A stretch of DNA of 64,000 nt from Eledone cirrhosa (lineage: Eukaryota), in the NCBI GenBank assembly GCA_964016885.1, contig OZ024760.1, positions 10,478,001 through 10,542,000 of the forward strand, read 5' to 3'. A program made the translations under genes and the position numbers. Below, in pieces: positions 61,587-64,000 of the stretch. The notes below the pieces were generated by a model that saw only the letters and a list, made by a program, of their open reading frames with translations, was not told the DNA's origin and did not search any database. The stretch's first letter is position 1, and the number at the start of each line of letters is the position of its first letter.

Positions 61587-62416
61587 TAGACTGTGGCCAT
61601 GCTGGGGCACTGGCTTTATTGGGTTTAAGTCATTAGACTGTGGCCATGCTGGGGCACTGGCTTTATTGGGTTTCAGTCATTAGACTGTGGCCATGCTGGG
61701 GCACTGGCTTTATTGGGTTTCAGTCATTAGACTGTGGCCATGCTGGGGCACTGGCTTTATTGGGTTTAAGTCATTAGACTGTGGCCATGCTGGGGCACTG
61801 GCTTTATTGGGTTTCAGTCATTAGACTGTGGCCATGCTGGGGCACTGGCTTTATTGGGTTTCAGTCATTAGACTGTGGCCATGCTGGGGCACTGCCTTTA
61901 TTGGGTTTCAGTCATTAGACTGTGGCCATGCTGGGGCATTGCCTTTATTGGGTTTCAGTCATTAGACTGTGGCCATGCTGGGGCACTGCCTTTATTGGGT
62001 TTAAGTCATTAGACTGTGGCCATGCTGGGGCATTGCCTTTATTGGGTTTAAGTCATTAGACTGTGGCCATGCTGGGGCACTGCCTTTATTGGGTTTAAGT
62101 CATTACACTGTGGCCATGCTGGGGCACTGGCTTTATTGGGTTTCAGTCATTAGACTGTGGCCATGCTGGGGCACTGGCTTTATTGGGTTTCAGTCATTAG
62201 ACTGTGGCCATGCTGGGGCACTGGCTTTATTGGGTTTCAGTCATTAGACTGTGGCCATGCTGGGGCACTGGCTTTATTGGGTTTAAGTCATTACACTGTG
62301 GCCATGCTGGGGCACTGCCTTTATTGGGTTTAAGTCATTAGACTGTGGCCATGCTGGGGCACTGCCTTTATTGGGTTTAAGTCATTAGACTGTGGCCATG
62401 CTGGGGCACTGGCTTA
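61587..62416. repeat. 47-bp intronic minisatellite (~17.6 copies)
   Basis: Unit tagactgtggccatgctggggcactggctttattgggtttcagtcat. Confidence 0.95.
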
Positions 62417-62576
62417 TCTAAATATCAGTATATCCACAAGGTACACAATATATGTGAATATTCATATGTGTGTGTGTGTATGTGTATGTGTAGTTGTGTG
62501 TATGTATGTGTAGTTGTTTGTGTGTGTAGTCGTGTGTATGTGTGTGTAGTTGTGTGTGTGTGTGTGTGTGTGTTAC

Positions 62577-62668
62577 CTTGATATCAATATATCCACGAGG
62601 TAGACAGTGATATCCACCCAACTTCTGTAACAACAGGAATGTCTTCTCACTACAATGGATCTTCAATG
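62577..62668 (-). CDS. Guanylyl cyclase exon (ALKIHCSEKTFLLLQKLGGYHCLPRGYIDIK)
   Basis: tttcAG / GTaaca, 92 nt, phase 1-0; sits between (GT)n and (AGT)n tracts. Confidence 0.9.
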
Positions 62669-62673
62669 CTGAA

Positions 62674-62704
<31 letters not shown>

Positions 62705-62734
62705 GTAGTAGTAGTAGCAGCAGCAGTAGTGCTA

Positions 62735-63660
62735 TGATAAAATACACCCAGTACACTCTGTAAAGTGGTAGTACTGGTGCCATGTTAAAATACACCCAGT
62801 ACACTCTGTAAAGTGGTAGTATTGGTGCCCTGTTAAAATACACCCAGTACACTCTGTAAAGTGGTAGTGCTGGTGCCCTGTTAAAATACACCCAGTACAC
62901 TCTGCAAAGTGGTAGTACTGGTGCCATGTTAAAATACACCCAGTACACTCTGCAAAGTGGTAGTACTGGTGCCATGTTAAAATACACCCAGTACACTCTG
63001 TAAAGTAGTAGTACTGGTGTCTGTTAAAATACACCCAGTACACTCTGTAAAGTGGTAGTACTGGTGCCCTGTTAAAATACACCCAGTACACTATGTAAAG
63101 TGGTAGTGCTGGTACCATGTTAAAATACACCCAGTACACTCTGTAAAGTGGTAGTACTGGTGCCCTGTTAAAATACACCCAGTACACTCTGTAAAGTGGT
63201 AGTATTGGTGCCCTGTTAAAATACACCCAGTACACTCTGTAAAGTGGTAGTTCTGGTGCCCTGTTAAAATACACTCTGTAAAGTGGTAGTGTTGGTACCA
63301 TGTTAAAATACACCCAGTACACTCTGTAAAGTGGTAGTGCTGGTGCCATGATAAAATACACCTGTTAAAATACACTCTGTAAAGTGGTAGTGTTGGTACC
63401 ATGTTAAAATACACCCAGTTCACTCTGTAAAGTGGTTAGCATGAGGAATGGCATCCAGTTGTAGGAATCATACTAGAAATAAAATGTATGAAAGCAAGAC
63501 AGGGTCCTATGTTGATAGACAATAACTCTGATAAATACTGACTTGTTCTGTAACAACCCATCTGACCCACACCTGCAGGGAAGCATGGAAGTAAAACGAT
63601 GATGATGATGATGGTGATGACAACAGTGATGTTGGTGACAATGACGATGATGATGATGAC
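62735..63660 (+). repeat. 48-bp minisatellite (~15 copies) continuing into an RTE/SINE tail with (GAT)n
   Basis: Unit aaaatacacccagtacactctgtaaagtggtagtactggtgccatgtt, then aagtggttagcatgaggaatggcatccagttgtag...aaaacgatgatgatg. Confidence 0.9.
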
Positions 63661-63679
63661 AATCCTACTATCTCCACTA

Positions 63680-64000
<321 letters not shown>

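Noticed and set aside
51110-63435. Regular arrays resembling CRISPR or repeat-protein genes
   Set aside because: Units are head-to-tail with no unique spacers, there are no cas genes, and the context is eukaryotic intronic or intergenic; the Cys-rich ORFs are repeat translations.

Overview
Repeat-rich metazoan genomic DNA. The (GAT)n-tailed RTE/SINE families and TA microsatellite load suggest an octopod cephalopod; this is my recognition, not verified. About 40 kb (1996-42160) is one satellite built from GAATT and GAATTT units with kilobase-scale internal duplications, and the long ORFs there are artefacts. Genes: a complete 7-coding-exon CZIB/C1orf123 orthologue on the minus strand (160 aa, all GT-AG introns, 46536-55783); the last three coding exons of a guanylyl cyclase on the minus strand (61135-63822); and a probable terminal exon of an unidentified plus-strand gene at the left edge. 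The rest is a mosaic of LINE remnants (an RTE whose RT carries an inserted PHD finger, zinc-finger RTE tails, an R4/Dong-like RLE fragment in a TAA tract), tRNA-derived SINEs and minisatellites, several of which grew out of the same retroelement tail segment. The most notable unannotated signal is a set of minimal type-I hammerhead ribozyme motifs in Penelope-like fold-back insertions at 1145-1940, one with a compensatory U3:A8 core inside a near-perfect 300-bp palindrome, plus another in CZIB intron 1. I see no clear evidence of a wholly new multi-gene system.
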